From positions 864,001-928,000 of the forward strand of contig CM000432.1 of NCBI GenBank assembly GCA_000165345.1: a DNA stretch of 64,000 bases, written 5' to 3'. Shown here in pieces: positions 10,601 to 21,573 of this stretch. Under the pieces are notes generated by a model, which did not search any database, was not told the origin of the DNA, and worked only from the letters and a program-made list of their open reading frames with translations. Position 1 is the stretch's first letter. The number at the start of each line of letters is the position of its first letter. Both the position numbers and the translations under genes were made by a program.

Positions 10601-11198
10601 GATAGCATATTTATATTGATGGCTATTAGGATGTTTAAATGTGTTTGGCTTTGCTCATTATGAAGTTTGTAAGTAAATACCTACTGTAGTCACTTAATGA
10701 CTTGGATGTTAATCATTACACACTATTATTAGTTCTTTTTCATTTTTTTCTGCATCACGTTTCTTTATTTCTCAATTGATTACTTTGTTACCACATTCAG
10801 TATTACATTGCACTAGAGGCAAAATTTGACTTACAGTAATCATCATTGCTATTCTCTTCTGTGTTGCATGCAAATAGTTATTCTCCATAACATCGAATAA
10901 TATTCAACTGTACTACGTAACATTAGTCGTTATTCAAGGTATTTTAAACAGATACATATACACCAACACCTATGATTAAGAATCCCAAATTATCATTCTA
11001 AGACAAGTTTAGTTAGTTTATCAAGAAAGAAATTGAGAATATAGATTAACAACCTTAATAAAAAACACTCTATTGTTATTATTATTGGTATTAAAGTATA
11101 CAAGGGAACTCCCAGTTTAATTTTTCAATTGTGAAAAGTTCAACCCATGTTAAGTACTCTCTGAGTGTACAACTGCTAAGGCATTTTTTAACAATAAT

Positions 11199-11534
11199 TT
11201 AGGCATCAGCTGGCTTGTCTTGTTGAGCAGCAGGTTCAGCAGCTGGAGCTTCAGCAGCTGGGGCATCAGCTGGCTTATCCTGTGGAGCAGGTTCAGCAGG
11301 GGCAGCAGGAGCTTGGGCTGCTGGTGCATCAGCAGCTGGAGGATTATTGGGAGCAGGCTCGGACTTCTTTGGTTCTTCTGGCTTTTGTTGAGCTTGGTTG
11401 CTGATTGGAGCTGGATTCTTTACAGCCTTGGCTAATTGAGCCTTCTTTTCAGCTAATTCTCTTTGTTTGTTAGCATCTGCTGCAGATTTATTTTCAGCAA
11501 CTTTAGTTTCTGGCTTTGATGATGAACAACCCAT
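11199..11534 (-). CDS. Small N-myristoylated, possibly palmitoylated, Ala/Pro/Lys-rich protein (111 aa).
   Basis: ATG ORF with an MGCSSSK N-terminus (Gly2 myristoylation consensus, Cys3). It is GC-rich against the AT-rich background. It carries repeated DKPADAPAAEAPAAEPAAQQ-like units. Confidence 0.7.
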   Translation of the reverse strand: MGCSSSKPETKVAENKSAADANKQRELAEKKAQLAKAVKNPAPISNQAQQKPEEPKKSEPAPNNPPAADAPAAQAPAAPAEPAPQDKPADAPAAEAPAAEPAAQQDKPADA

Positions 11535-12018
11535 TTTTAATATTGAATAATAAAACTAAAAATACTTTTTCTTTCAAGTGGAAGGAACGTAAAAATAATT
11601 TTTCAAAGTAAATAAATAATGATTTGTTATTCACTTTTTCTTTGATGACTGAATATTATGTCTAAAAATCCAATCAAATCCTTAATGCATGAATTTGTTT
11701 TTAAACGTTTTGTATCTTATGTCCTGTCAATTATTTTAAAATTTGCCGTCTATTTTTCCTTTACCTTTCCTTCCTTTTCTTTTCCTTTAAAAAAAAGTTA
11801 CACTGTCTTTTTTTTTTAAATAGTTATGTAAAGTACTAATGTCTTTATTTACTTTATTATTATTTTTTCACAAATTATGCACACAAAAATTAATGTCTGG
11901 TCTTTTCTATACTAACCTTAAAAATGTTATTTACTGAGTAGTTTATTTTATAGTTTTTTTATACACTGTATATATATCTGTGACTTCCCCATACCTATAT
12001 TTTTTTCCTACATGTTTA

Positions 12019-12046
12019 GGCGCCATTTTTGCGTGCATGCGCATGC
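12019..12046. promoter_or_regulatory. Composite GC-box plus tandem G-box: GGCGCCATTTTTGCGTGCATGCGCATGCG.
   Basis: GGCGCC is followed by two adjacent GCATGC hexamers. It lies in the divergent region between the gene at 11534 (-) and the family gene at 12729 (+). Further GC islands are at 12371-12381 (ACGCGCGCAAA) and 12423-12440 (GAGGCGCGATATTAGCGGG). Confidence 0.4.
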
Positions 12047-12728
12047 GTCTTAGCTATCAATATTGATAATTTGTCATGGAGAAATATAAGAAATGAAGAT
12101 AATACAAGGATGAGGAGAGAGGAGAAATTATATTAGAGAAATGTTATGAAAAAATGTACATAAGTGACTAGTTTCGTTTGAATAAAAAAAAGTTAAGCCC
12201 ATTCTTAATATTAATCAAATAAAGACACATTAATAAACCGATTAGTATTTCTTTTTTTTAATAATAATTTTCATTTTTATTAACATATATATAATAATAA
12301 TAATATTTATATATTAATATTTTTTTTTAATTATAAATATTTAAAGAATATTAATATATAATAAAAATTAACGCGCGCAAATGCTCTGGTTTAGGAATTT
12401 GAATTAGATATATTATTTTTCGAGGCGCGATATTAGCGGGTAACGAGGGAAAATGATTGAAATATGGTGTAACATTCTGAAATTAATATAACTTTGGGTA
12501 TGTAAATATTTTAAACAAATTGTTGGATGTTAGTTTTTTTCATTATTTACATATTTTTCCTATAAGATACAGTGGATTATAACACGTGATTACTATTTGT
12601 GTAAGAGAAGTTGTTGAATGGCAGTAGCAATATTTGTCAGAATATTGATGCTATCAATTATTACTTAAATATAGAAATTTCTATTGATCTTTATTTATTT
12701 CAGTTTTTTGAAGTTTAAATGTTTTAAG

Positions 12729-15632
12729 ATGGGTTTAAACAATCTTGGATGTTTATTTTTGTTATCATTATGGTTATTTTTATGTGATTTACACAATTTT
12801 CAAGATTACTCATGCTTGAGAATATCAATTCTGAGTTTAAAGAGCGAAGTATGCGAAAATAGTGATACTGGAAGTGGTTCTTCGGATTTGGAGTCATCAG
12901 GGAATAGCGATAATGAGACGGAGAGCGATGCTGCATCTCAAGGCAGTCATGGAAGTAATGCAAGTTCTGGTGGAGAATCTAGCACTAACAGCCAACGAAG
13001 AATGTGGGCCCCACCTTCCCAACTTCAACCTTATGACGTTGGAGATACTGCATCTCGGGCTCTTTCACCTGCAGATCAACTAGATGCAGCACTTCAATTA
13101 GTTAGCGGTCTAGATTCTGATATAGGTAACGGAGGAGGATCAGAAACAGCTTTACAGTGGTGGGTAGACTATGGTGACGGGGGAAAAAAGCCAAAACCTG
13201 TGTTGACTTCATCTAGATCCAGCTCTTCTCGTGATTCTAGTAGTTCAGGAAAAGGTAAAACGGATGTTGATTCTGGATCCAAGAAAACTAGAAAAGGTAG
13301 CGCTGGATCAGGTGCAGCATGCGGAACTTCTGGAGGGCCGAGTAAGGCAGATAAAACAGGGAAGGTTGGCACGGCAGGTAAAGGAAAAGGCACTAGAGAC
13401 AAACAGGGTAGAACTCCAAGCAGACCAGGAGGAAGAGGAAGCGCTCAAAGCAGTACTTCAAGAGGTCCAAGCAGTGCTTCAAGAGGCCCAAGCAGTGCTT
13501 CAAGTAGCACTCCAAGCGGCCCGAGCAGCACTCCAAGTAGGGCTCCGAGCGGAATAGGAGGAAGAGGAGGCGCTTCAAGCAGCGCTCCAAGAGGTCCAAG
13601 CAGCACTCCAAGTAGCACTCCAAGTAGCACTCCAAGTAGCACTCCAAGTAGCACTCCAAGTAGCACTCCAAGTAGGGCTCCAAGTAGGTCTCCGGGCGGA
13701 TTAGGAGGAAGGGGAGGCGCTTCAAGCAGCTCTCCAAGGGGTCCAAGCAGCACTCCAAGTGGCCCGAGCGGCACTCTAAGCGAGTCGAGGAGCACTCCAA
13801 GTGGCACAGGCAGTGCCCCGACAGGAGCAGGCAAAGTTGCCACTACAGGCGGATCCAGCAGTAGCCCAAGCGCTCCAAGTGATACAGGCTCATTAGGGGG
13901 AATAAGTGGAGGTGCCACTTCAAGCGGAGCAGGAGGAAGCGGTAGCGGAGCAGGAGGAAGCGGTAGCGGAGCGGGAGGAGGTAGTAGTGGCGGAAGAGGA
14001 GGAGGAGGAGGAAGAAGAGGCAGGGAAGATGGCAGAGAGGAAGGAAATGAAGATGAAGATACAGACGATGATGAATCAGGCAATGGAGAAGATTCTGATA
14101 CCTCATCCAACTCAAGTGGATCTAGAAGAGAGGAAATCTTGAAAAAACTTAAAAAGATTAAAGAAACTGCAGCAAAAATGAATCAAAGAACCAAAGAATC
14201 TAGAGAAAAAAGAAATAAATCCCATAAGCCAGGAGGATTTTCCAGTAGCAGCTCCTTGTCATCATCATCAGGGTCATTATTTAGCAGTGATTTATCAGAT
14301 TCACACCGCGATTTATCTGAATTACTTTTATCTGCCTCAAGTAGTTCGACAAGTAGAGAAGCATTAGCAGCTCAAGGACCTCTTGAAACATCAGAAAGTG
14401 GAACAGGAGGCGGCGCAGCAGCAAGCGATGGAGGAGCAAGTGGTGGAGCAAGTGGTGGAGCAAGTGGTGGAGCAAGTGGTGGAGCAAGTGGAGGAGCAAG
14501 CGGGGGAGTAGGAGCTCTAGGTGGAGGTAAAAGAGGGGCTGGAGGAGCAGGTAGAGGAGCAGTAAGAGGAGCAAGTGGAGGAGCAAGTGGAGGAGCAAGT
14601 GGAGGAGCTAGTTCAGGAACTAGGGCCCGCTCTTCTTTGGTTACCAAGTCTATGCAAAGATCAAGGTCAAGATCAAGGTCAAGATCGAGGTCAAGGTCAT
14701 CAAAATCAAGAACATCAAGATCAAGGACATCAAGATCAAGATCAAGATCAAGAGCCATGGAAGAATCAAGTTGTGCAGCATCTTCATCAAGATCTTCGCT
14801 TCTTTCAACTCGTCAGTCTTCTGTAAGCGCAAGTTCTGTGTTTTTATCTATTTCCGCTCCAGTTAGTTTGTCAGTTTCAGTAAGTAGCTCAAGTTCAGGT
14901 CTAGTTGTACTGAAACTTTCGGATTCTGAAGTAGGAATCGTTGATCCATCCAAAACTAGAACAACTAGTAGAGGAGGAAGTGAAGGAGGAGAAAGAGGAG
15001 GAAGAGGAGGAAGAGGTGGAAGAGGTGGAGAAGGTGGAAGTGGAGGAAGAGGTGGAGGTGGGGGTGGAGGAAGAGGTGGAGGCGGAAGTGGCGATGGAGG
15101 AAAAAAAGCGCCTAAAAGTTATCTGGAAATGACGTTCGAATCTATATCCCAATTGAGAAGCAATTTTGGTTCCACTTTCGGCGCTTTATTAGACTCATTT
15201 GCTCTGCTAGTTGATTCTAGTTTCTCTGAGTCGTGCTTATCATTGATTGATTCTCTGGTTGATATCTGCAGCAAAAGGGATCTTACAAAAACAGCATTAT
15301 GTACAGAGATTTCAAGCATTATTAGTAAGTTAAAACAACTTGAGTCAAAATACTTGAAGTTATTATCAGAAGTTTCCAGCATTGGACCCCAACTAATGAG
15401 GGTAGATGAAGAATTATCTAAATTACAAAAGTCTTTAATAGGTTATGGTGGAGTGTCTTTGAAATCAACATATTTAAGTAGTGTTGAGACTCTGATGGAA
15501 AATGCAAAGAATTTGACTGAAGAAATAAGAAAGCTCCATAAAAGTTTAGAAGAGGCAAACTTACATCATTGTCAAGGTGGGCATTTGGATTTACTTAAAA
15601 CTCAACTTTTGACTTTCAAAATATTAAAATGA
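12729..15632 (+). CDS. Secreted mucin-like / SR-repeat protein, array member 1. The track ORF starts at TTG 12684; the first ATG is 12729.
   Basis: From the ATG the protein reads MGLNNLGCLFLLSLWLFLCDLHNFQD (signal peptide). It carries (STPS)n encoded by a 12-nt tandem repeat, GGASGGAS repeats, an RSRSRSRS tract and a Gly/Arg-rich tract. The C-terminal non-repetitive domain (SFALLVDSSFSESCLSLIDSLVDICSK...) resembles the C-terminal domains of the other array members. Confidence 0.75.
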   Translation: MGLNNLGCLFLLSLWLFLCDLHNFQDYSCLRISILSLKSEVCENSDTGSGSSDLESSGNSDNETESDAASQGSHGSNASSGGESSTNSQRRMWAPPSQLQPYDVGDTASRALSPADQLDAALQLVSGLDSDIGNGGGSETALQWWVDYGDGGKKPKPVLTSSRSSSSRDSSSSGKGKTDVDSGSKKTRKGSAGSGAACGTSGGPSKADKTGKVGTAGKGKGTRDKQGRTPSRPGGRGSAQSSTSRGPSSASRGPSSASSSTPSGPSSTPSRAPSGIGGRGGASSSAPRGPSSTPSSTPSSTPSSTPSSTPSSTPSRAPSRSPGGLGGRGGASSSSPRGPSSTPSGPSGTLSESRSTPSGTGSAPTGAGKVATTGGSSSSPSAPSDTGSLGGISGGATSSGAGGSGSGAGGSGSGAGGGSSGGRGGGGGRRGREDGREEGNEDEDTDDDESGNGEDSDTSSNSSGSRREEILKKLKKIKETAAKMNQRTKESREKRNKSHKPGGFSSSSSLSSSSGSLFSSDLSDSHRDLSELLLSASSSSTSREALAAQGPLETSESGTGGGAAASDGGASGGASGGASGGASGGASGGASGGVGALGGGKRGAGGAGRGAVRGASGGASGGASGGASSGTRARSSLVTKSMQRSRSRSRSRSRSRSSKSRTSRSRTSRSRSRSRAMEESSCAASSSRSSLLSTRQSSVSASSVFLSISAPVSLSVSVSSSSSGLVVLKLSDSEVGIVDPSKTRTTSRGGSEGGERGGRGGRGGRGGEGGSGGRGGGGGGGRGGGGSGDGGKKAPKSYLEMTFESISQLRSNFGSTFGALLDSFALLVDSSFSESCLSLIDSLVDICSKRDLTKTALCTEISSIISKLKQLESKYLKLLSEVSSIGPQLMRVDEELSKLQKSLIGYGGVSLKSTYLSSVETLMENAKNLTEEIRKLHKSLEEANLHHCQGGHLDLLKTQLLTFKILK
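13602..13673 (+). repeat. Six tandem copies of the 12-mer AGCACTCCAAGT, encoding (STPS)n.
   Basis: A perfect 12-nt tandem repeat is read directly in the sequence. Confidence 0.9.
14657..14753 (+). repeat. AGATCAAGGTCA-type repeat encoding an RS-dipeptide tract (RSRSRSRS...).
   Basis: An imperfect 6- to 12-nt tandem repeat lies inside CDS 12729..15632. Confidence 0.8.
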
Positions 15633-16065
15633 ACAAAACATAATATTCTTTACTAAAAAATATTAATTTTTGATGATTACTTCTAAAAACATTTGGGGCG
15701 GTGGTTTTTTTTTATTACAATCAATAATATATGGGTGAATATGTATTAATATATTTACATGTATATTCCGCTAACAAGTTATCTTCTTTCAAAGTTGAAT
15801 AGAATTTTATTCTTTACTCTATTGTTGCAATATGGAATTTCAGTAAATTTTCAATAAATTATTGAATTATATGTTAATAATCTTGTACCTATATTTGGTT
15901 GTAATTGACTAATTTTATTGGATTTACAAACTAACCATTCATTATTGTAATATTCCAAATTGCATGTTTGTTTCATATTCAACTAACTAAATCCGCATTT
16001 GTACGCATTCCTATTAATCATACAAAAAAATTTTGAATTAAGAAAAGGCCAAAATTGACACGTAA

Positions 16066-16078
16066 TTTTTACCGCCAC
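16066..16078. promoter_or_regulatory. TTTTTACCGCCAC GC-box variant upstream of the family gene at 17362.
   Basis: The variant TTTTACCGCC recurs at 28495, 32641, 38055 and 19155. Confidence 0.3.
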
Positions 16079-17361
16079 ATATTCTCAGAGTTGCCAAATG
16101 GAAAGCTACATGCATTTGCTCGAATTTTTGTCAAAGAATTTGCAGAATTAAAGTTTTAAAGTGAAGAGCATTTATGCAAGTCTATGCATGTATTTTTTGT
16201 GGCATATTAATGATTGTTAGAATCCGAAGTTTTTTTTAAATGAGTATTTTACGGGAGAAATCACTAAATAGTTATTTACTATTATTTTCACAAGTTATTT
16301 TTCCCTTATTCACACCGATCTTAGAAGACTGGAAATTAATTTAATTGGATAAAAGTTTGACATTTATGAATAATCCAAGTTCTTCAAAAAAAAAAAAATA
16401 ATAAATAATATATTGAGTTGTCTCGCATTTGGTCAGCATATGACTCGTGAGGTACTACTTTCTTTAGTGATTCCGTGTGTTTTGATGGGTTTTGTAAAGC
16501 GATTCAAAAAAGAAGTTATTATTATTATTATTATTATTAGCTCAGAATTTTTCTTTATTGAGATAAATTTGCAGGATCTAATAATTATTTGTGTACTTAG
16601 ATGTTTTTTATTCTCTACTTATGACTTAAGAAATTTTAGGTATGAATCATTAATATATTTTAATAGAGAGGAAGAGAAAATGGAGGTGAGTAGTAGAAAT
16701 AGAGGAAAGAAGGAGGTGCTGTAGAAGTTCATATTGAATAGGATTGCCGATTGACTGGTTAGACGGTCTGAATAATAAAATATATACTTTTCATGACTTT
16801 ACCTACAATATAATACTTCTTTAATTAAAAGAGACAATAGAAAGAAAAATAATGATTAAAGCGGTGGATATAAAGTGGGACGAGCTGAAAAAGCAGAAGC
16901 ATAAATTAAAATGCACAAATATCTACAAGTATTAAGTATTCTAGTTGACTCTGATCTTTTTTTTTTTTCTTAAACTCGAAAATAGACATAAAATGATTAT
17001 GGCGGGAGTGAACACTTTTTCTATGCAATAGTTACATATGCGGTATCTAAGAATAATTTCAAAATTGACAATTTAGATATTAAATTAAAATTCAATTATT
17101 TGATTTCAAATAGAGAAAAAAATTAACGTTTGTATTTTCTCTATGGTTTTTGATTTTTTTCTTAAAATATTTGTTTCTATGGAAATTTAAGTTTCTTGGC
17201 AAGTTAAACAGCATATTTATTACATGATAAATATATTTGATAAAGATTTAGATCATTTTTTCTTTTATAGATTGGTTTTCTTTAAAGAGTTTATTCGTAA
17301 GCAGTCTGCAAGTTTTATATTATAGTTTCGTATTTTTTTTTACTATAGGTCAAGCATAAGA

Positions 17362-18342
17362 TTGCAAAAAAAAAAAAAAAAAAAAAAATTACTCTATGAA
17401 ATAATCTTCATAATAAAGATTATAATATTTTTAACTATTATAATATTTATTCAAGTTCATTTTGAATTAAAATTTCAGAATGAATTGAATTCAATTTATG
17501 TTATTGACAATTTCTCGTTTCTAACTGCAGCTTCTTCACTTCATTCTAATAGGAAAGGAAGTAATAGTCGTCATACAGCAGGAAGAGTTGGAGCATATAG
17601 TGGTTTGAACTCTGAATTCAAAAGACTCTGTTCAATTGATATTAATGAACAAGAATCTACCGAGTGTAGAAAAGAAGTCTTGTTTGAAGATGTTTCTTGT
17701 GAAAAGTTAGAGGAGCTATTACTTGAGGTTAATGAAGAATTTGAAGAACTTGAACATAATACTGAACCATTAATGAATTTGAAAGTAATTAGTGTCTGTT
17801 TAGCTCAGTTAAAGGAGATTGAAGGTCAATCAGATCCTGTTGGGATGGCTAACTATAAACAATTCAAAAGATTAATGCAATCAGTTAATGCTGTTAATAA
17901 AGCTAATGAAAACTTTTTGAAATTTATTATTAAGCTTGAAACAGAAATGTCGATTGCTTCAAGCTTAATATCAGAACTTGGTATCTTATTATTAAAGTGT
18001 ATTGAATCTATTTTATTAGAATCAACAAAGCTTTCTGAAATTCATCATTTTATTAAAAATTTAAAATTAATGAATAAAATGATTAGAAACATAACTAGAC
18101 ACGTACAATCTGTATTTAATAAATATTGTCAAGAAAGAAGTTTAAGAACCCTTGAAGAGTCAATTCTTGGGCTAAAATCTCAACTTTCCAAGAAGCAAAA
18201 GACTAAAAGTCAAAGTTCCACTCATTCTTCTGTTACTTCAACATCTACATCTACTCCTAGGAGTCGCCCTACTAGACCAAAGGCTTATATGGCCCAAACT
18301 TTAAGTTCTAAGACAAAAGGAAGAGAAAAATACTCTAAATAG
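17362..18342 (+). CDS. Secreted family protein, array member 2. The 5' end is unresolved: the track start is TTG and there is no in-frame ATG upstream of the hydrophobic segment.
   Basis: The frame is open from 17362 to 18342. It has a hydrophobic N-terminal segment IIFIIKIIIFLTIIIFIQ, then HTAGRVGAYSGLNSEFKRLCSIDINEQEST (family motif), a coiled-coil region and a Ser/Thr-rich tail. A 23-nt poly(A) run at 17366-17388 lies at the 5' end and would encode K8. An acceptor-like ...AAATTTCAG|AATG at about 17475 is also present. Confidence 0.55.
   Translation: MQKKKKKKKLLYEIIFIIKIIIFLTIIIFIQVHFELKFQNELNSIYVIDNFSFLTAASSLHSNRKGSNSRHTAGRVGAYSGLNSEFKRLCSIDINEQESTECRKEVLFEDVSCEKLEELLLEVNEEFEELEHNTEPLMNLKVISVCLAQLKEIEGQSDPVGMANYKQFKRLMQSVNAVNKANENFLKFIIKLETEMSIASSLISELGILLLKCIESILLESTKLSEIHHFIKNLKLMNKMIRNITRHVQSVFNKYCQERSLRTLEESILGLKSQLSKKQKTKSQSSTHSSVTSTSTSTPRSRPTRPKAYMAQTLSSKTKGREKYSK
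17366..17388 (+). repeat. (A)23 homopolymer.
   Basis: Read directly in the sequence. It is a sequencing or slippage hotspot at the 5' end of the gene at 17362. Confidence 0.9.
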
Positions 18343-18643
18343 ACCTAAAGACATTAAACTTATTGTTATTCAACATTTTTCTATCAATAGAATAAAACTT
18401 TTACTTGATCTATTCCAAGTATAGGTTTATTTATTTAAATACATATAAAGAAAATGAATGTATTAATTTAATATTTCTCATTTTTATTAAACTCTTTTTC
18501 TAGATTTGACTTAAAAATATGATAAATTGAGAAATTTAGAATATCAGGTAAATTCTATTTAATGTTATAAAGGAAGAATTTCTATGTTAGTATATTAAAG
18601 AAAATTCAACATACCGTTCTTGTATATATGCAATATTTAAATT

Positions 18644-18660
18644 TTGCATGCATGCATTTC
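18644..18660. promoter_or_regulatory. TTTGCATGCATGCATTTC double G-box.
   Basis: Tandem overlapping GCATGC elements lie in the intergenic region between the family genes at 18342 and 19415. Confidence 0.35.
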
Positions 18661-18808
18661 AAATTCTAGCTATCATATTAGTATATTAATTTTAGTAAAA
18701 TGACAAATTCCCTCATAACATTATTCAAACCCACAATTCAAGATCCTTTCGATAATTCCTCTTCATTCTTCCAATAATTTGTTCATATTTTTTTAGAAAT
18801 TTCTCTAA

Positions 18809-18856
<48 letters not shown>

Positions 18857-18930
18857 CTAAATTCTAGATTAAATACATATTTTAATACACGAGTTTATTA
18901 GCTACTAAATAACAATAATTTTTTAAAATA

Positions 18931-18941
18931 TTTCCCGCCAA
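18931..18941. promoter_or_regulatory. Canonical E2F-like TTTCCCGCCAA, about 470 bp upstream of the family gene at 19415. A second ATTACCGCCAAT lies at 19155-19166.
   Basis: Matches the TTTSSCGC consensus. Confidence 0.45.
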
Positions 18942-19414
18942 CAAATAGGGGAAAATAAAATTTAAATGGGTTTTTTTGCGTAAGCTTTAAAAGTTATTAA
19001 ATAGAAATTATGAGATACGACATATACAAGTTATTATAATTACTTGGAGTTCACTTTGAAATAAGTTGTATAGATTTTAAAGTTTTTTGCAATTGTTAAA
19101 AATTTTATTCGTATGCAATATTTTTGTTTTTATTTAATTTCTTTTTAAATGGGAATTACCGCCAATATCAAAAGTAAGATATTCATTAAATAAGGCGTAC
19201 CGAAACTTAAGACATGTTTTTTGTTGAATGAATGTTAATTTGGGATTATTCTATATGTATTATTGGAAATAATCTGTCCACTTAGTGAAACTTATTTACT
19301 AAGTGCTTAATGTTTGCCATAAAGAATTAATTATTTTTTTTTGTTAAGGAAAAATAAAAAGTTTTCTATTGGAATTTGGGGAGTTCATATTAATAATTTG
19401 TGTTTATTATCAGA

Positions 19415-20152
19415 ATGAAGCTTTGTAACTTATTTGTATTGATTTATTCTATAGCTTTAATTAAGCAGAATATTATTGACTTATTTGGAGGTCAAAACAA
19501 GATTATATCTCCATTATTGTATTCATTACTTCAGTTGACTGCAGGCGTTCAAGGTACTGCTGGTTCAAGAGAAGATCTTAATTCAGAATTTGGCGGGTTG
19601 AGTCTTATCGAAGATGAGATTGATGGTGAGGCTGAAGCTTCTGGCAGACAAACTGTATCATATTCACATGCCGAATTGGTCAGCTTAAAAGACTCTACAA
19701 AGGAGCCTTTCAAAAAAATTGAGGAATCGTATCGAAGGTTAGTTGAACATCCAGTAGATAAGGAATGTGTTGCCGCAATGTTTTTAATTCTTCAAGCTTG
19801 TATTTCTGAACTTGGTCGATCAGATGCCTTTTGTAAAATGTTAAGAAGAAATTACAATATTGTTAGGAAACAAGTAAAGAATTATAAGGTGGTTACTGAA
19901 AAATACGCATCTTATTTTAAAAGTGCTGTATCTACTTTATTCTCCTTAAATTCTTTAATAAAATTAAATCCGCAAAATGTTGAGCTAGAATTATCATTCG
20001 TCAATGATATTGAAAAATTTCTGGAAGAGATCCTTTCATTCTTGATGAGAACTGAGAGTTTCATAGAATATATTATACTATTGTTTATGAAATTTTGTTC
20101 TCCACAAGGGCTCACTTACTACACAAATAGAATTGAAGGAAGAATTAAGTAG
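19415..20152 (+). CDS. Secreted family protein, array member 3. The track ORF starts at GTG 19400; the ATG is at 19415.
   Basis: From the ATG the protein reads MKLCNLFVLIYSIALIK (signal peptide). It carries LTAGVQGTAGSREDLNSEFGGLSLIEDEIDGE (family motif) and CISELGRSDAFCKMLRRNYNIVRKQVKNYK, which is homologous to 28706 LICMNKKHSKYLGCSIIRKSLYKVRKQIKK. Confidence 0.7.
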   Translation: MKLCNLFVLIYSIALIKQNIIDLFGGQNKIISPLLYSLLQLTAGVQGTAGSREDLNSEFGGLSLIEDEIDGEAEASGRQTVSYSHAELVSLKDSTKEPFKKIEESYRRLVEHPVDKECVAAMFLILQACISELGRSDAFCKMLRRNYNIVRKQVKNYKVVTEKYASYFKSAVSTLFSLNSLIKLNPQNVELELSFVNDIEKFLEEILSFLMRTESFIEYIILLFMKFCSPQGLTYYTNRIEGRIK

Positions 20153-20643
20153 TACACAACTAATGGAGAAATTAATTCTATCAAGCGACATTGGTGTGCT
20201 AAGATGTTTTAAAGACAAATCAATTTTCTTGTTAGTATTTTTAAAAGCTAAGCATTGAAAAGACAGCAAGAAGTTATCAAATCTCAAAAGTGTTCTTTTA
20301 GATATTCAAGTACAATTACTGGAAACGAATGCTATTTGAGCAGTCGGCCAATTATCAGAGATTTGAATAATAACAGACTTTAAGGTTGATTTGACCATGA
20401 TGTGTGAATTTCATGTGTGATTGAAAATGATCAATTTGACAAATATTTCATATTTTGTACAAATATGAAATTCAATTTTCCCTTAAATATCATAATAGAG
20501 AACAAGCTTGACGTAGTTACTTTCAAGCATTGTCTCTTTATTTGTTTAATGGATAAATTTAATAAATTAGGACAAACGAAGAAAACATTCTGGAATTTGT
20601 TTGTTATGGTTTTGGCTCAGTTTAAAGAATATATTATTCGTCA

Positions 20644-20656
20644 TTTTGGCGCCAAT
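20644..20656. promoter_or_regulatory. TTTTGGCGCCAAT E2F-like GC-box, about 900 bp upstream of the family member at 21574.
   Basis: Near-palindromic GGCGCC core. It lies inside the spurious track ORF 20417..20665. Confidence 0.4.
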
Positions 20657-21573
20657 ACTCTATGAATTATTTGTAATATTGTCATTTTAAGATTTTCTAT
20701 TAAGATGACAAATGTTGCATTTATTCTTTGGTCAAATAAGCTATTTATTTGTCTATAATTTAATGTATAAAGTTAGTTAGGTTGGCGTACTTGGTCGTGA
20801 GTTAGTTAGGTATGTATTTCTCTATTTCTCAATACTTCACAATTTATTGTCAATTCCTACGATTCTCATCTATATCTTAGTTTTGGCCATTTCTGATTGG
20901 TATTTTTTAAATTTCTTTAGATTTTTAACGTAAAAATTTTCTGAATTAATGTTAATTTAATCAAACAAATCATTTATATTAAGTAATGAGGGGAGATATT
21001 TCATGTGATTGGAAACTATAATAAGTGATTGTTTTAACGAATAGTTACTATTTTAACAGTATTATTATATCTATTTAAGATAATAATATTATGAAAATAT
21101 AATTTATTTGGTGTGAGAAAAACACATTTTAGTTTTTTTTTACAGGAAATAACTTAAAAATTTAGTAAATTATTCTTTCTATTATACAAACATTCAGTTT
21201 CCCGCTCAATTCAACAAATGAATTCGAATAATTTAAGAATAAGTTTCTACTAAAAATTGTTGACATATTTAATTGGAATATTATGTGTAAGTTTCACTAG
21301 ATTTCTAACTAGTGCTGAGTCATTGATTTGTGTGATTAAGAGTTTTCCATTAAATATTTCATTCTTGCTCATTTTATGAAACTGGTGCAATAATGAATGT
21401 CAACAATTGACCAAGATTTTCTCAGATGTTTGTCGGCTACAATAGTATTTAAAAGGGTTTAATATCAAGTAAATTTATTTATTTGCTTTTTATCATGATG
21501 TTTTTTTCTTATTTCGATCAGGGTTTTATTCCTGTTTTTTTATCTTTACGTTTGCTCATTCAGCATCAAAGAC

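Noticed and set aside
13445-14110. Long antisense ORFs (13445..14110, 13393..13800, 14372..14758, 14281..14598 on the minus strand) overlapping the gene at 12729.
   Set aside because: They lie entirely within GC-rich trinucleotide- or dodecamer-repeat coding sequence. Such repeats are stop-free in several frames and on both strands. The sense frame has the signal peptide, the family motifs and a contiguous 3-kb ORF.
16413-16724. 103-aa ORF in the 1.7-kb intergenic region after the gene at 12729.
   Set aside because: It contains an (ATT)7 microsatellite translated as poly-Ile and shows no coding-like composition or motifs. It is probably spurious.
20417-20665. 82-aa ORF on the + strand between array members 3 and 4.
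   Set aside because: It is GTG-initiated in the track and the first ATG gives only 66 aa. It has AT-rich low-complexity composition and contains the TTTTGGCGCCAAT promoter motif. It is most likely intergenic.
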